From Candidatus Peregrinibacteria bacterium (GTDB lineage: Bacteria; Patescibacteriota; Gracilibacteria; UBA1369; LOWO2-01-FULL-3), in contig JAUUZY010000005.1 of assembly GCA_030592015.1 (NCBI GenBank), positions 400-64,399 of the forward strand: 64,000 bases of DNA, given 5' to 3'. A program made the position numbers and the translations under genes. Positions 29,736 to 39,290 of the stretch are shown here, in pieces. A model generated the notes under the pieces. That model had not been told where the DNA came from. It saw nothing but the letters and a program-made list of their open reading frames with translations, and searched no databases. Numbering within the stretch: position 1 is the stretch's first letter; each line of letters opens with the position of its first letter.

Positions 29736-31256
29736 TTATTCAGTTTTACGTGCTACACGGTAAACTTCATCCAGTGTTGTAACACCTTCAAGGGCCTTGA
29801 TGATTCCAGATTGTTCCAAAGTCACCATTCCCGCTTTTTGGGCAGATTCCTGTAGTGCCATCATAGTAGCTCCTTCAGAAATTAACTTCCTAAGCTCATT
29901 ATTCATTCTAAATACTTCATAAAGACCAAGTCGCCCACTATATCCAATATCGTTACACTTATCACAACCCTTAGCTTCATAGAACTGTAGCTTTTCAACA
30001 AGCTGAGGATCAACCTCACCTTCTGCATGCAGGTTCTCAAGAGCTTTTTTCACCAAATCAATCATTTCAGGACTGGTTTCTGCAGGGCCTTTACAATGTT
30101 CACATATCTTTCTAACCAAACGTTGGGCAATAATAATTTCAATAGTTGAATTCAATAGATAAGGCTGGATTCCCATATTGATCAAACGTGTAATAGACTC
30201 AACTGCACTATTCGTATGCAGTGTAGAGAATACCAAGTGACCTGTAAGAGAAGCCTCGATAGCAGTATTTCCAGTTTCTTTATCACGAATCTCACCTACC
30301 ATCACAATATCCGGATCCTGACGTAGGGCAGCCCTCATTCCAGTGGCAAAATCATAGTCGATGTCATGATGCACCTGACTCTGATTCAAACCATCAAGCT
30401 GGATTTCCACCGGATCCTCAATAGTAAGGATATTCACCCCTATCTTATTTACACGCATCAAGCATGAGTACAGAGTAGTTGTTTTACCTGAACCTGTAGG
30501 ACCAGTAGTAATAATAATTCCATTTGGAGATTCCAAGGCCTCCTCCATGTGTCTCAAACTAATTCCTGAAATTCCCAACTCCGGCAAATCAGGTATTTTT
30601 CGTGACTTGTCCTGCAAACGCATTACAATCTTTTCTCCATTTACAGTAGGCAAAGTAGAAACACGAAGATCCATCTCTCGTCCGTCCTTAGTTGTAACAT
30701 CGGCTCTTCCATCTTGAGGAATTCGCTGTTCATCAATTTTTAAATTGGACATGATCTTTATACGTGAAACAACCGCAGGATGAAGGTTCGAAGGATACTC
30801 AACGATATGTCTAAGAACTCCATCAATACGATACCTAATTCTTACGTGAGACTTTAGTGGCTCTATATGGATATCAGAAGATTTCAGATCTAAGGCATAA
30901 CCTATGGAGATCATAACCATCTGAGGAATATTTGCTGCCAAAATGCTGTCATGCAATTGAGTCAATTTTTTGTCATTTGCCTTCTTGATTGCTAAATCCT
31001 TCTCTTTATCATCCGTAGTTGGAGTCGCAGGAGCAACTGCTGCGGGCTGAGCCGTAGGAGCGGCAGGGCTAGGACTAGGTTCCGGAAGAGGCTTAGGCAT
31101 TGGAGCCGGTTTAGCCAGAGGGGCTGGTTTAGCTACGGGAACTGGTGCGGCCACAGGAGCCGGTTTAGCCACGGGGGCAACCGGAGGAACAACAGTTTTT
31201 ACTACCGGAGTAGCTTGAGTAACCTGAGCTTGTTGTGCATTGTTTTCATCAGCCAC
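29736..31256 (-). CDS. pilB: Type IV pilus assembly ATPase (PilB/GspE family) with a Pro/Ala-rich N-terminus
   Basis: SDIHIEP, PQDGR, Walker A GPTGSGKTTT, TIEDPVE, LRQDPDIVMVGEIRD, TGHLVFSTLHTN, tetracysteine CEHC/CDKC. Confidence 0.9.
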   Translation of the reverse strand: MADENNAQQAQVTQATPVVKTVVPPVAPVAKPAPVAAPVPVAKPAPLAKPAPMPKPLPEPSPSPAAPTAQPAAVAPATPTTDDKEKDLAIKKANDKKLTQLHDSILAANIPQMVMISIGYALDLKSSDIHIEPLKSHVRIRYRIDGVLRHIVEYPSNLHPAVVSRIKIMSNLKIDEQRIPQDGRADVTTKDGREMDLRVSTLPTVNGEKIVMRLQDKSRKIPDLPELGISGISLRHMEEALESPNGIIITTGPTGSGKTTTLYSCLMRVNKIGVNILTIEDPVEIQLDGLNQSQVHHDIDYDFATGMRAALRQDPDIVMVGEIRDKETGNTAIEASLTGHLVFSTLHTNSAVESITRLINMGIQPYLLNSTIEIIIAQRLVRKICEHCKGPAETSPEMIDLVKKALENLHAEGEVDPQLVEKLQFYEAKGCDKCNDIGYSGRLGLYEVFRMNNELRKLISEGATMMALQESAQKAGMVTLEQSGIIKALEGVTTLDEVYRVARKTE

Positions 31257-31895
31257 TTAAATATTTTTTTGGAAATAAGCATTGATTTGAACAGAGAAAT
31301 TTATAATTTCTTCAGTCGTAGTTTCTCCCGCCTCGTTATCAGTAGATTCCTCTATAAAACTTAATCTAATAGAAGAAATATCCATCAATCTAACTTGGTC
31401 ATTTAATGATCCGGAATTCTCAACTAAATGCAAAAACTTCGTAAAGTTGTCATTTGAACTCTTAATACTCATTCTTAGAGGCAAAATAGCGAAGTTTTCA
31501 CTTTCAATAACATCTCTATAGTTGATATTTGAAACCTCAAATGAATCGGTTTTAGTGTTTAACTGTTGCTCAAAAGAGTCAATTTGTCTAGTCAGGTCAG
31601 TATAGCTATCACCCAAAGGGAAAATGTTAGAAAGCCTTTCCTCAATTTCTTCGTTCACAGCGTTAAATGAGTCTTTACTTGCATCATAAATAGCTTTTTC
31701 ATCTGAAACTGTATCAGTCAATGCATTGATAAAGGTCTTATTAACATCAACAGCAGTTCTAAGAGTAGAATATTCCTGCCACTTATTAAAGCTGTAGAAG
31801 CCCATGGTTAAAAACAAAACAAGGCATAAAAGCGCATATGTTTTTATATAAGTTTTCTGCCTCTTCTCTACTAGTTTATATGATACTTCTGACAT
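31257..31895 (-). CDS. PilO-like pilus alignment protein
   Basis: N-terminal TM helix, coiled coil, then FTKFLHLVENSG...RLMDISSI...VQINAYF ferredoxin-like pattern; gene position next to pilB. Confidence 0.7.
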   Translation of the reverse strand: MSEVSYKLVEKRQKTYIKTYALLCLVLFLTMGFYSFNKWQEYSTLRTAVDVNKTFINALTDTVSDEKAIYDASKDSFNAVNEEIEERLSNIFPLGDSYTDLTRQIDSFEQQLNTKTDSFEVSNINYRDVIESENFAILPLRMSIKSSNDNFTKFLHLVENSGSLNDQVRLMDISSIRLSFIEESTDNEAGETTTEEIINFSVQINAYFQKNI

Positions 31896-31911
31896 AAGGG
31901 GTATTAATCAA

Positions 31912-33216
31912 TTAAAATGGTATTTCATCTTCAGGAAATTCATCTGCCATTGGATCGAAAGTCGTAATTGCTTCAGGCAGTACAAGCTCATCTTCAGTCA
32001 ACAGAAAGTCAATCTTTAAGCTGGCAATGAATCCATCGTCAAAGGATCCTGATTTACTGAAAGACTTCATACCTGCACCTTCAAAGAATTCAGAGGCATT
32101 CAGTTTATCAATCAAATTGGTGATAAGTGTAAAGTTTGTTGTATCAAATCTCTTAGTTTCGCCAACTATAGAAATCTTTCTTGATTCAGTATTGAAGTCA
32201 TAACTTTTATAAGTTATTCCACCAAGGTCGGTATAGAGATCAGCACTATACTGATTATCTACAGCAATAGTTTTTAAATTAATTTCATTTATAACATCAG
32301 ACCATCTTATTCTATTGTTCTTTATGTCCTGAACAATACTCAAGTCATTCACAATCAAACTGTTAACATTCTTGATCAAATCAGCAAGTTCTTCATTACT
32401 GAGAGCATCAAAGTCAGCATCCAAAATCAGTGAACTTAGTGCAGTATTGCCAACAAGATTAATAGTTTGACGATAATTCTTACTTTCCCTTTTTGCATCA
32501 TCATTTTCGTCATTAATGAGTTCATTGGATTTAATATTTAGCTTTGATGATAATTCCTGGTCAAACAAAATATCGAGTTGGCTTTGCTCAGTTATTTCTT
32601 TATCAATCAGAGATGCAGTGAATGGCTGAGTCAATTTATCAGTAGCAAGTAAGAATACTACTCTCAAATCATCTCTAAGCGATTCAAGTTCGGTCTCAGC
32701 CTTATCTTTGTCCGATTTTGTAGAAGTTTGGCTATCAGAGACTTCAAAATTTTGAGTAAAAGCATCTCCAAAGAAGCTAAACTCATCCAAATAAGCTTTA
32801 AGCTGTAAATAGTTATAAAAATTGAAATTGCTTTGTAGATTTATTATCTCAGAATTTGTGGAAGCAAGCTGTTTTGACACATTGGGAATACCAAAGGTGT
32901 CACTCGCAAATTCCAACTTATCAGTCAACTGAGAGGTAAAAAATACAATTGAAGCAAGGCTCACAAAAAGGAAAACCGCAAAAAGAGTTTTTAGGAAAAC
33001 CAGAAGAACACTCTTCTGTGGTGTTAGTCCTCGAAGTAGACTTGAATCAATCTCCGGTGCAGCCTCTAGGACTCCACCCTCTTCTTCTCCAGATTCCGTT
33101 GAGACAATATTTTTTATGAGGTCAGAGCTTTCACTAGCCTTTCCGCCTTTATCAAGTGGATTAGAAAATACTTCATCTCCTTTGGGCTTAGCTCCTTCAT
33201 TTGTTTTGTCAGCCAT
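31912..33216 (-). CDS. Extended PilN-like pilus alignment protein
   Basis: TM helix, long helical region, C-terminal RIRWSDVINEI...ISIVGET...LIDKLNASEFF pattern of PilN; upstream of the PilO-like gene. Confidence 0.6.
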   Translation of the reverse strand: MADKTNEGAKPKGDEVFSNPLDKGGKASESSDLIKNIVSTESGEEEGGVLEAAPEIDSSLLRGLTPQKSVLLVFLKTLFAVFLFVSLASIVFFTSQLTDKLEFASDTFGIPNVSKQLASTNSEIINLQSNFNFYNYLQLKAYLDEFSFFGDAFTQNFEVSDSQTSTKSDKDKAETELESLRDDLRVVFLLATDKLTQPFTASLIDKEITEQSQLDILFDQELSSKLNIKSNELINDENDDAKRESKNYRQTINLVGNTALSSLILDADFDALSNEELADLIKNVNSLIVNDLSIVQDIKNNRIRWSDVINEINLKTIAVDNQYSADLYTDLGGITYKSYDFNTESRKISIVGETKRFDTTNFTLITNLIDKLNASEFFEGAGMKSFSKSGSFDDGFIASLKIDFLLTEDELVLPEAITTFDPMADEFPEDEIPF

Positions 33217-33289
33217 TTTTGTTTTTATTTTTATTCATGCATTCTATATATATTAGCAGATTTTGCCCCGTTCGTAAAGGTCTAAGTAC

Positions 33290-33326
33290 AAAAAAACGCC
33301 TACTCCACAATGGGAATAGACGTTTT
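33290..33326 (-). terminator. Intrinsic terminator after rplL
   Basis: Minus strand AAAACGTCTATTCC-cattgt-GGAGTAGGCGTTTTTTT; 14-bp stem with G-U pairs. Confidence 0.8.
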
Positions 33327-33341
33327 CGAAAGTTTTCCTTA

Positions 33342-33836
33342 CTACACAAGTTCTACGCTTGCACCAGCATCTTCAAGTTTTTTCTTTAGTTCCTCAGCTT
33401 CAGCTGCATCAACACCTTCTTTGATAGCCTTTGGAGCAGCATCAACTAGGTCTTTAGCTTCTTTTAGCCCAAGTCCAAGAATATCTTTTACTGCTTTGAT
33501 AACGGCGATCTTTTGTCCTCCTGCCCCAGCAAGAATAACATCTTTCTTTCCGTCACCATCATCAGCTTCTCCACCACCTGCAGGTGCAGCACCTCCAGCC
33601 ATCATCATTGGTGCAGCAGCAGTAACTCCGAATTTTTCCTCAAGAGCTGTTACAAGCTTCGAAAGTTCCAATACTGGAAGTTTTTCTACCATATCAACGA
33701 TTTTTTGAGCATCTTTACTTAGCTCTACAGATGCAGCAGCCTCTTCTTTTTTAGGCTCTTCTTTTTTAGTTTCTTCTACTTTTGGAGCAGCTTCTTCAGT
33801 TGCTGTCTCCTCAGTTGTTTTTTCTTCGTCTGCCAT
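33342..33836 (-). CDS. rplL: 50S ribosomal protein bL12 (L7/L12) with an acidic N-terminal extension
   Basis: [51 protein letters not shown]. Confidence 0.97.
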   Translation of the reverse strand: MADEEKTTEETATEEAAPKVEETKKEEPKKEEAAASVELSKDAQKIVDMVEKLPVLELSKLVTALEEKFGVTAAAPMMMAGGAAPAGGGEADDGDGKKDVILAGAGGQKIAVIKAVKDILGLGLKEAKDLVDAAPKAIKEGVDAAEAEELKKKLEDAGASVELV

Positions 33837-33884
33837 AGTTTTGTAAGTTAGTAATTAATATTATTAAAAAAATTGACAATAAGT

Positions 33885-34418
33885 TTATCCTGTTGCCTCC
33901 TGTTTCTCTCGAACTGCATCAAGTACACGAACAAATCCTGAAATAGTATTGTTGAGCACTCCATGAAATCCTTGGATAGGAGATTTGAGAATGTAAACGA
34001 ATTTTGCAAGTAGTTCATCTTTTCCAGGTAGCATTGCAAGTTCCTTTGCTTCTGATATAGATAAAATTTTGCCTTCAAAAATAGCACCAAGCAGCTTAAG
34101 ACCTTCCACTTTCTTGCTTGTTTCGTATATCAATTTAGCAGCTGCAAGCTCATCTTCCATACTAAATGCAACAGCAACCGGTCCATCTAGAGATTCGCCG
34201 GGAATCTCATCAAAACCAGCCTCCTTAGCAGCCAGCTTGATTAATGTCTTCTTTGCAACTTTAAAACTCACACCCTTTTCTCTCATGCTGTCGCGAAGAG
34301 AATGCATGTCGTTCACATTAAGTCCGTGAAATTGAGAGAAAACAACAGACTTTGCGTTTTTCATCTTTTCAACCAAATCCTTTAATGTCTCTTCCTTTTG
34401 TGCTTTTGTAACTGCCAT
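33885..34418 (-). CDS. rplJ: 50S ribosomal protein uL10
   Basis: GLNVNDMHSLR, FKVAKKTLIK, LDGPVAVAF, LAMLPGKDELLA; upstream of rplL. Confidence 0.97.
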   Translation of the reverse strand: MAVTKAQKEETLKDLVEKMKNAKSVVFSQFHGLNVNDMHSLRDSMREKGVSFKVAKKTLIKLAAKEAGFDEIPGESLDGPVAVAFSMEDELAAAKLIYETSKKVEGLKLLGAIFEGKILSISEAKELAMLPGKDELLAKFVYILKSPIQGFHGVLNNTISGFVRVLDAVREKQEATG

Positions 34419-34430
34419 AATTGATTAATT

Positions 34431-34555
34431 AAAAAATCTCGATCCATTCGCATAGACATCGAGATAATAACGGTTGCCTCTGTTCAAAGGCTTCTGAAAT
34501 TTCATCGTCTGGGCAGGTTTTATGCCTTTTTCTGGCTACCTACTGTCTATGACTT
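34431..34555 (-). ncRNA. Ribosomal protein L10 leader with attenuator hairpin
   Basis: Minus strand GTCATAGACAGTAGGT-AGCC..GGC-ATAAA-ACCTGCCCAGAC resembles the L10-leader core (AGACAGYAGG...CCUGCC). Followed by the hairpin ATCTCGAT...ATCGAGAT-TTTTT just before rplJ. Confidence 0.85.
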
Positions 34556-34644
34556 ACACACTTTAAGTTATGACTAGTCAAAAGTCAAAGAAAAGTAGCA
34601 AAAAAGTCGAATAATCTATATATTTACAGCCATAATAAACAAGC

Positions 34645-35571
34645 ATGGAAATACTAGAGGACTTAACATCCTTTAAAAAATCGGCAAAAAGACCATTAAT
34701 TGTGGTACTTGGACCTACAGCATCGGGCAAAACTGCTCTTTCTTTAAAAATTGCTCATCATATTGATGCTGAAATAATTTCTACAGATTCCAGACAGGTA
34801 TATAAAGAGATGGAGATTGGAACAGATATAATACAGCCTGAGCAGCAGGAAGGAATTGCTCATCATATGCTTGGGATTCGGACACCGGACCAGACTCTTA
34901 CAACAGGGGAATACAAAGAAATAGCGCTTCAAAAAATAGAGGAGATATATAAAAGAGGGCATATTCCAATTTTAGTGGGAGGCACAGGTCTATATATAAG
35001 CTCTATTATAGAAGGCTACGATATTCCCAGAATTCCACCAAACGAAGAGTTGCGTCGGCAGCTACAAAAGGAGCTAGATGAAAAGGGCAGTGCTCACATT
35101 CATGAGAAATTAAAAAAAATGGATCCAAAGGCAGCTGAAAAGATTCATCCAAACAATATTCCATATATTATTCGTGCAATCGAAATAAATATTGAAAGCG
35201 GAGAAAATAAAGCTGACAAAAAAAATGAATTCAGCTCACCGTTTGATCTATATATGATAGGAATAAACTGGCCGAGAGAAGAGCTCTATGCAAGGGTGAA
35301 TCTGCGAGTGGATCTTCAACTGAAGCGGGGACTCATAGAGGAAGTAAAGACACTAATGGAAAAGAAATATCCGGAAAACTTGCCTGCTATGTCGTCTCTT
35401 GGAGCGAAAGAAATTATTCCATATATAAATGGGGAAATGACTCTTGAAGACTGCATAGAAATTCTCAAAAGAAACACTAGAAGATACGCAAAAAGACAAA
35501 TGACATGGTTTAGAAGGTATGATAATGTGACTTGGCTAAATCCGAGCGAATTGGAAAAAATAATTAATTAA
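34645..35571 (+). CDS. miaA: tRNA dimethylallyltransferase
   Basis: GPTASGKT, DSRQVY, VGGTGLY, TRRYAKRQMTWF. Confidence 0.97.
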   Translation: MEILEDLTSFKKSAKRPLIVVLGPTASGKTALSLKIAHHIDAEIISTDSRQVYKEMEIGTDIIQPEQQEGIAHHMLGIRTPDQTLTTGEYKEIALQKIEEIYKRGHIPILVGGTGLYISSIIEGYDIPRIPPNEELRRQLQKELDEKGSAHIHEKLKKMDPKAAEKIHPNNIPYIIRAIEINIESGENKADKKNEFSSPFDLYMIGINWPREELYARVNLRVDLQLKRGLIEEVKTLMEKKYPENLPAMSSLGAKEIIPYINGEMTLEDCIEILKRNTRRYAKRQMTWFRRYDNVTWLNPSELEKIIN

Positions 35572-35576
35572 AACTC

Positions 35577-35966
35577 ATGGCAAAAACAGAATTCAAAGAT
35601 TTAATATTCCTGGCGGAGAAACTTCGCTCAGAATTGGGATGTCCATGGGATAGAAAACAGACAATAGCGAGCATGCTCAAGTGCGTAGATGATGAGGTAA
35701 GCGAAGTGAGGGAAGCCATAGAAAACGGAGATCACGATAATCTTAGAGAAGAATTGGGCGATGTGCTTTTTCAGATTGTGATGATTTCTCAGATCGCAAA
35801 AGAGAATGGATACTTTGATATGGATGATGTAGTCAAAGATATTGATGAAAAAATCAGATCACGGCATACCTGGGTTTTTGGTGAAGACAGAGATAAAGTG
35901 AAAACTCCGGAGGATGCAATTGCTCTATGGGCAAAAAACAAAGAAAAAGAAAAATCTAATAAATAA
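35577..35966 (+). CDS. MazG-family nucleotide pyrophosphohydrolase (single domain)
   Basis: LRSELGCPWDRKQT, EELGDVLFQ, KIRSRHTWVF. Confidence 0.9.
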   Translation: MAKTEFKDLIFLAEKLRSELGCPWDRKQTIASMLKCVDDEVSEVREAIENGDHDNLREELGDVLFQIVMISQIAKENGYFDMDDVVKDIDEKIRSRHTWVFGEDRDKVKTPEDAIALWAKNKEKEKSNK

Positions 35967-35967
35967 A

Positions 35968-37632
35968 ATGTCTCTACTTGGAAAAAAGTGGGTTATTTCC
36001 AACAATGATCCCAAAAAATCAGCACTCGAAAAAATCCTCGAAAACAAAAAGGATATAAAGGCAAAAGAAATCAGTGAATTTTATGATCCATTCCTATTCT
36101 CCGATATGGAAAAGACGATAGACAGGATAAAAACTGCTATCAAAAACAAGGAAAGGGTAATGGTTTTTGGAGATTATGACGTGGACGGCATCACCGGAAC
36201 GGCAATTTTGTTTCAAATTCTAAAAAAAATTGGAGCAGAGGTTTCATGTAGAATTCCACATAGAGTAAACGATGGGTATGGAATTTCTGACAAATTTATA
36301 GATGAATTTATTGAGAAAGATATAAAATTGATAATTACTGTGGATTGTGGGATTTCCTGCAAGAAGCAAATCGATAAGGCAAACGCCGGGGGGATTGATA
36401 CGATTATTACAGACCACCACAATGTTCCAAAAGAGGCTCCGGAGTCCTTTGCAACTTTGCATCCAAAAGCCAAAGATTCAAAGTATCCTGACACGGAATT
36501 AACCGGGGCAGGTGTGGCTTTAAAACTGGCACATGCGCTGATTTCAAGATTTCTACCGGAGGAGGAGCAGGAAGCTACGCTCAATTCACTCTTTGATCTT
36601 GCAGCCATGGGAACTGTGGCAGATTTGGGGAGATTGGAGGGAGAAAACAGATTGATTGTAAAGCATGGACTAAAAGTATTGGCAAACACTAAATGGGTTG
36701 GGATCAGGAAAATAATGGAAATAGCGGGAGTAAAAGAGGATGAAACTCCTACAACAGCTACAATCGGATTCAAAATCGGACCGAGAATAAATGCTGCAGG
36801 TAGAATTGGTAGCCCGTACACAGCTTTGTCATTGATACTTCAGGAAGAGCAAAATGAAAAAGTGATTTCGCTTGGAAAGAAGCTGGAGGACCTAAACCTA
36901 CGAAGAAGAGAGATAACGGAAACAGCCTTGAAAGAAGCGGAGGCTAGCATATCCGGCAAAGAGGATGCCTATATATTGATAAGCGAAAGTCCGGATTGGC
37001 ATGTTGGGATAGTTGGGCTGGTAGCAGGCAGACTAGTGGAAAAACACAGTAGACCAGCAATTATGATGCAGGATTTTGGAGATACATTGGTAGCATCAGC
37101 AAGAAGTCCAGAATTTTTTAACGTTATTGAGGCGATAAGCAGCTGCAAGGAGCTATTGGAGGGCTATGGAGGGCATAGTGGAGCTGCAGGATTCAGTATA
37201 AAAAAGGAAAACTTAGCTAAATTTAAGGAGAAAATCACTGAATTCGCAAAGGGGAAAATGGAGAATATGGACTTAAAACCAATACTGAAAATAGATTGTG
37301 AGATAGAGAAGGATGAAATAAATTTTGATTTACTCAACGCAATAGACGATCTTGCACCATTTGGCATAGCAAATCAAAAACCGATTTTGATTCTAAGTCA
37401 GATAGAGCCACAGTTTATAGATCAAGTTGGAAAAGAAAAAAACCACTTATGTTTCAGTCTGGGAGCCGAGAAAAATGAGCTAAGAGTAATTGCATTCAAT
37501 ATGGGGCATCTTGCGGAGCAGATCAGGGAGCATAAAAAGATAGATTTAGTATTCCAACTCAATCGTAACCTTTGGAACAATAAAGAATACTTGCAACTTC
37601 AGGCTCTAGACATCGGACTCAATGAGAAGTAA
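35968..37632 (+). CDS. recJ: Single-stranded-DNA-specific exonuclease RecJ
   Basis: GDYDVDG, ITVDCG, TDHH, GTVAD, PRINAAGR, GGHSGAAG, LAPFG. ATG 35968 preferred over 35914. Confidence 0.96.
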   Translation: MSLLGKKWVISNNDPKKSALEKILENKKDIKAKEISEFYDPFLFSDMEKTIDRIKTAIKNKERVMVFGDYDVDGITGTAILFQILKKIGAEVSCRIPHRVNDGYGISDKFIDEFIEKDIKLIITVDCGISCKKQIDKANAGGIDTIITDHHNVPKEAPESFATLHPKAKDSKYPDTELTGAGVALKLAHALISRFLPEEEQEATLNSLFDLAAMGTVADLGRLEGENRLIVKHGLKVLANTKWVGIRKIMEIAGVKEDETPTTATIGFKIGPRINAAGRIGSPYTALSLILQEEQNEKVISLGKKLEDLNLRRREITETALKEAEASISGKEDAYILISESPDWHVGIVGLVAGRLVEKHSRPAIMMQDFGDTLVASARSPEFFNVIEAISSCKELLEGYGGHSGAAGFSIKKENLAKFKEKITEFAKGKMENMDLKPILKIDCEIEKDEINFDLLNAIDDLAPFGIANQKPILILSQIEPQFIDQVGKEKNHLCFSLGAEKNELRVIAFNMGHLAEQIREHKKIDLVFQLNRNLWNNKEYLQLQALDIGLNEK

Positions 37633-37656
37633 AATCTATAGGCAAAAATCATTACT

Positions 37657-39156
37657 ATGAAAAAGATAAAATATATATTGGCTGTAGTTTTAGTTGTTGC
37701 TTTGGGCATTCCCCAGGCTTCAGCACTTTCGACAGACGACTGGTACGCCTATAACGGAAGTTCAACTAAGCATAGTTTTTCTTTAAAATTCCCAACAGAT
37801 TGGAAGGCTCACACTTTAGGGGATGATATACAGGCATTTGCACCAAGTGAACTTCACGATGATCTTTTATTTTATGTGCATGAATTTGAGGGGCAAACTT
37901 ACAGCCAGGCAATAAATTATTTTAAGGATGAGAGTACATCAGTGCTAGAGTCAAAGGATTTTGTTCTATCAAGCTCAGGTGAGGATTTGATAGCAAAAGG
38001 TGTGACCTACATAGATATTGGGACAGGGGAGGCATTCGCGAAGACCTTTGTTAAGAGGGGAAGTTTAATAATTGCAATAACTAAACCAACAAGTGATGAA
38101 TATGGGGATATTATGGAAGGAATTTACAGTTCCTTTTCATTCACTGATAATTGGCATCAATATATAGACTTTAAAGAGAAGTATAGTTTTATTTTTCCGG
38201 AGAATTTAAAGTTAAACAATTTGAGTGATGGTGTAGAAATTTATGATGATGGTCAAATAGGAACTACAATATTTTCGATAATTAAGTATGAAAATTCATC
38301 GGCACAAGAATCAATGGAGCTTGCAGAAGGGTATAGTGAAAGTGCACAGGGGCAAGAGGAGGTGCTATTCCATGGAATAGAGGGGACATTCGATACAACT
38401 TACACCAACGATGAAAAGGGGAAGAGTTCGAGCAAACTGATTATAGAAAAGGGAGAAAGTAGCTATGCATTAACTAATTTAAACATCGAAAGTAATTACC
38501 CTCATCTAAACTACTACGATCAATACATAGTTGAGACACTGGAAGGCTTTGAATTTTTTGATATAGAAGAGGCCTACCATAGTTATGCAAATTTTCCTGA
38601 TGTAAGAGATGATCATGTAAATGCAGTAGGAATTAATAATCTTACAAACGGTGGGGTAATAGCAGGATATCCTGATGGAACATTCAGACCTGACGGTGAC
38701 ATCAATAGAGCTGAGCTTACCAAGATGATTGTTGCAACGGCAATGGTGCCGGAACTAAGTGAGTACAATAATTGTTTCCCTGATGTAAAAGAAGAATGGT
38801 TTGCACCATTTATATGCTATGCAAAGGATCAGGGCTGGGTGGAAGGGTATCCGGATGGGACTTTTAAGCCTGACAACAAAATAAACCGTGTAGAGTCTAT
38901 AAAAATAATTTTGGAGGTATTGTTTAAGGATCAGCTGGATGAGTCGGAAGAATTGAAGGACAAAACGGCAGCGGACATAGATACAGAGGACTGGTACGGG
39001 AAATATTTCGTTTTTGCAGATAACAATCATCTATTGGACAAGCAGCATGTACTTCAAACCGATGATAGTTATTCATATTCTCCAGCTGGCAACATTTCCA
39101 GAAAGGAGGTAGCAGAAAGCATATACAGAAGCCTGCTCTTCTTGAAAATTCAGTAA
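37657..39156 (+). CDS. Secreted protein with two PsbP-like domains and C-terminal SLH repeats
   Basis: Signal peptide ending QASA; FSLKFPTDW and YSFIFPEN (PsbP-like); GYPDGTFRPDGDINRAE and GYPDGTFKPDNKINRVE (SLH). Confidence 0.8.
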   Translation: MKKIKYILAVVLVVALGIPQASALSTDDWYAYNGSSTKHSFSLKFPTDWKAHTLGDDIQAFAPSELHDDLLFYVHEFEGQTYSQAINYFKDESTSVLESKDFVLSSSGEDLIAKGVTYIDIGTGEAFAKTFVKRGSLIIAITKPTSDEYGDIMEGIYSSFSFTDNWHQYIDFKEKYSFIFPENLKLNNLSDGVEIYDDGQIGTTIFSIIKYENSSAQESMELAEGYSESAQGQEEVLFHGIEGTFDTTYTNDEKGKSSSKLIIEKGESSYALTNLNIESNYPHLNYYDQYIVETLEGFEFFDIEEAYHSYANFPDVRDDHVNAVGINNLTNGGVIAGYPDGTFRPDGDINRAELTKMIVATAMVPELSEYNNCFPDVKEEWFAPFICYAKDQGWVEGYPDGTFKPDNKINRVESIKIILEVLFKDQLDESEELKDKTAADIDTEDWYGKYFVFADNNHLLDKQHVLQTDDSYSYSPAGNISRKEVAESIYRSLLFLKIQ

Positions 39157-39290
39157 GAAAAGGAAAAATACGTATACAAAGCCCATAAAATTGATATACT
39201 TAGGTCTTGTTTGATATACAAGAGGCTTGACATATCCATGGAATTGTTTTACAATACATAGATACATTAAAACCCGTATCTGTTAAAACT

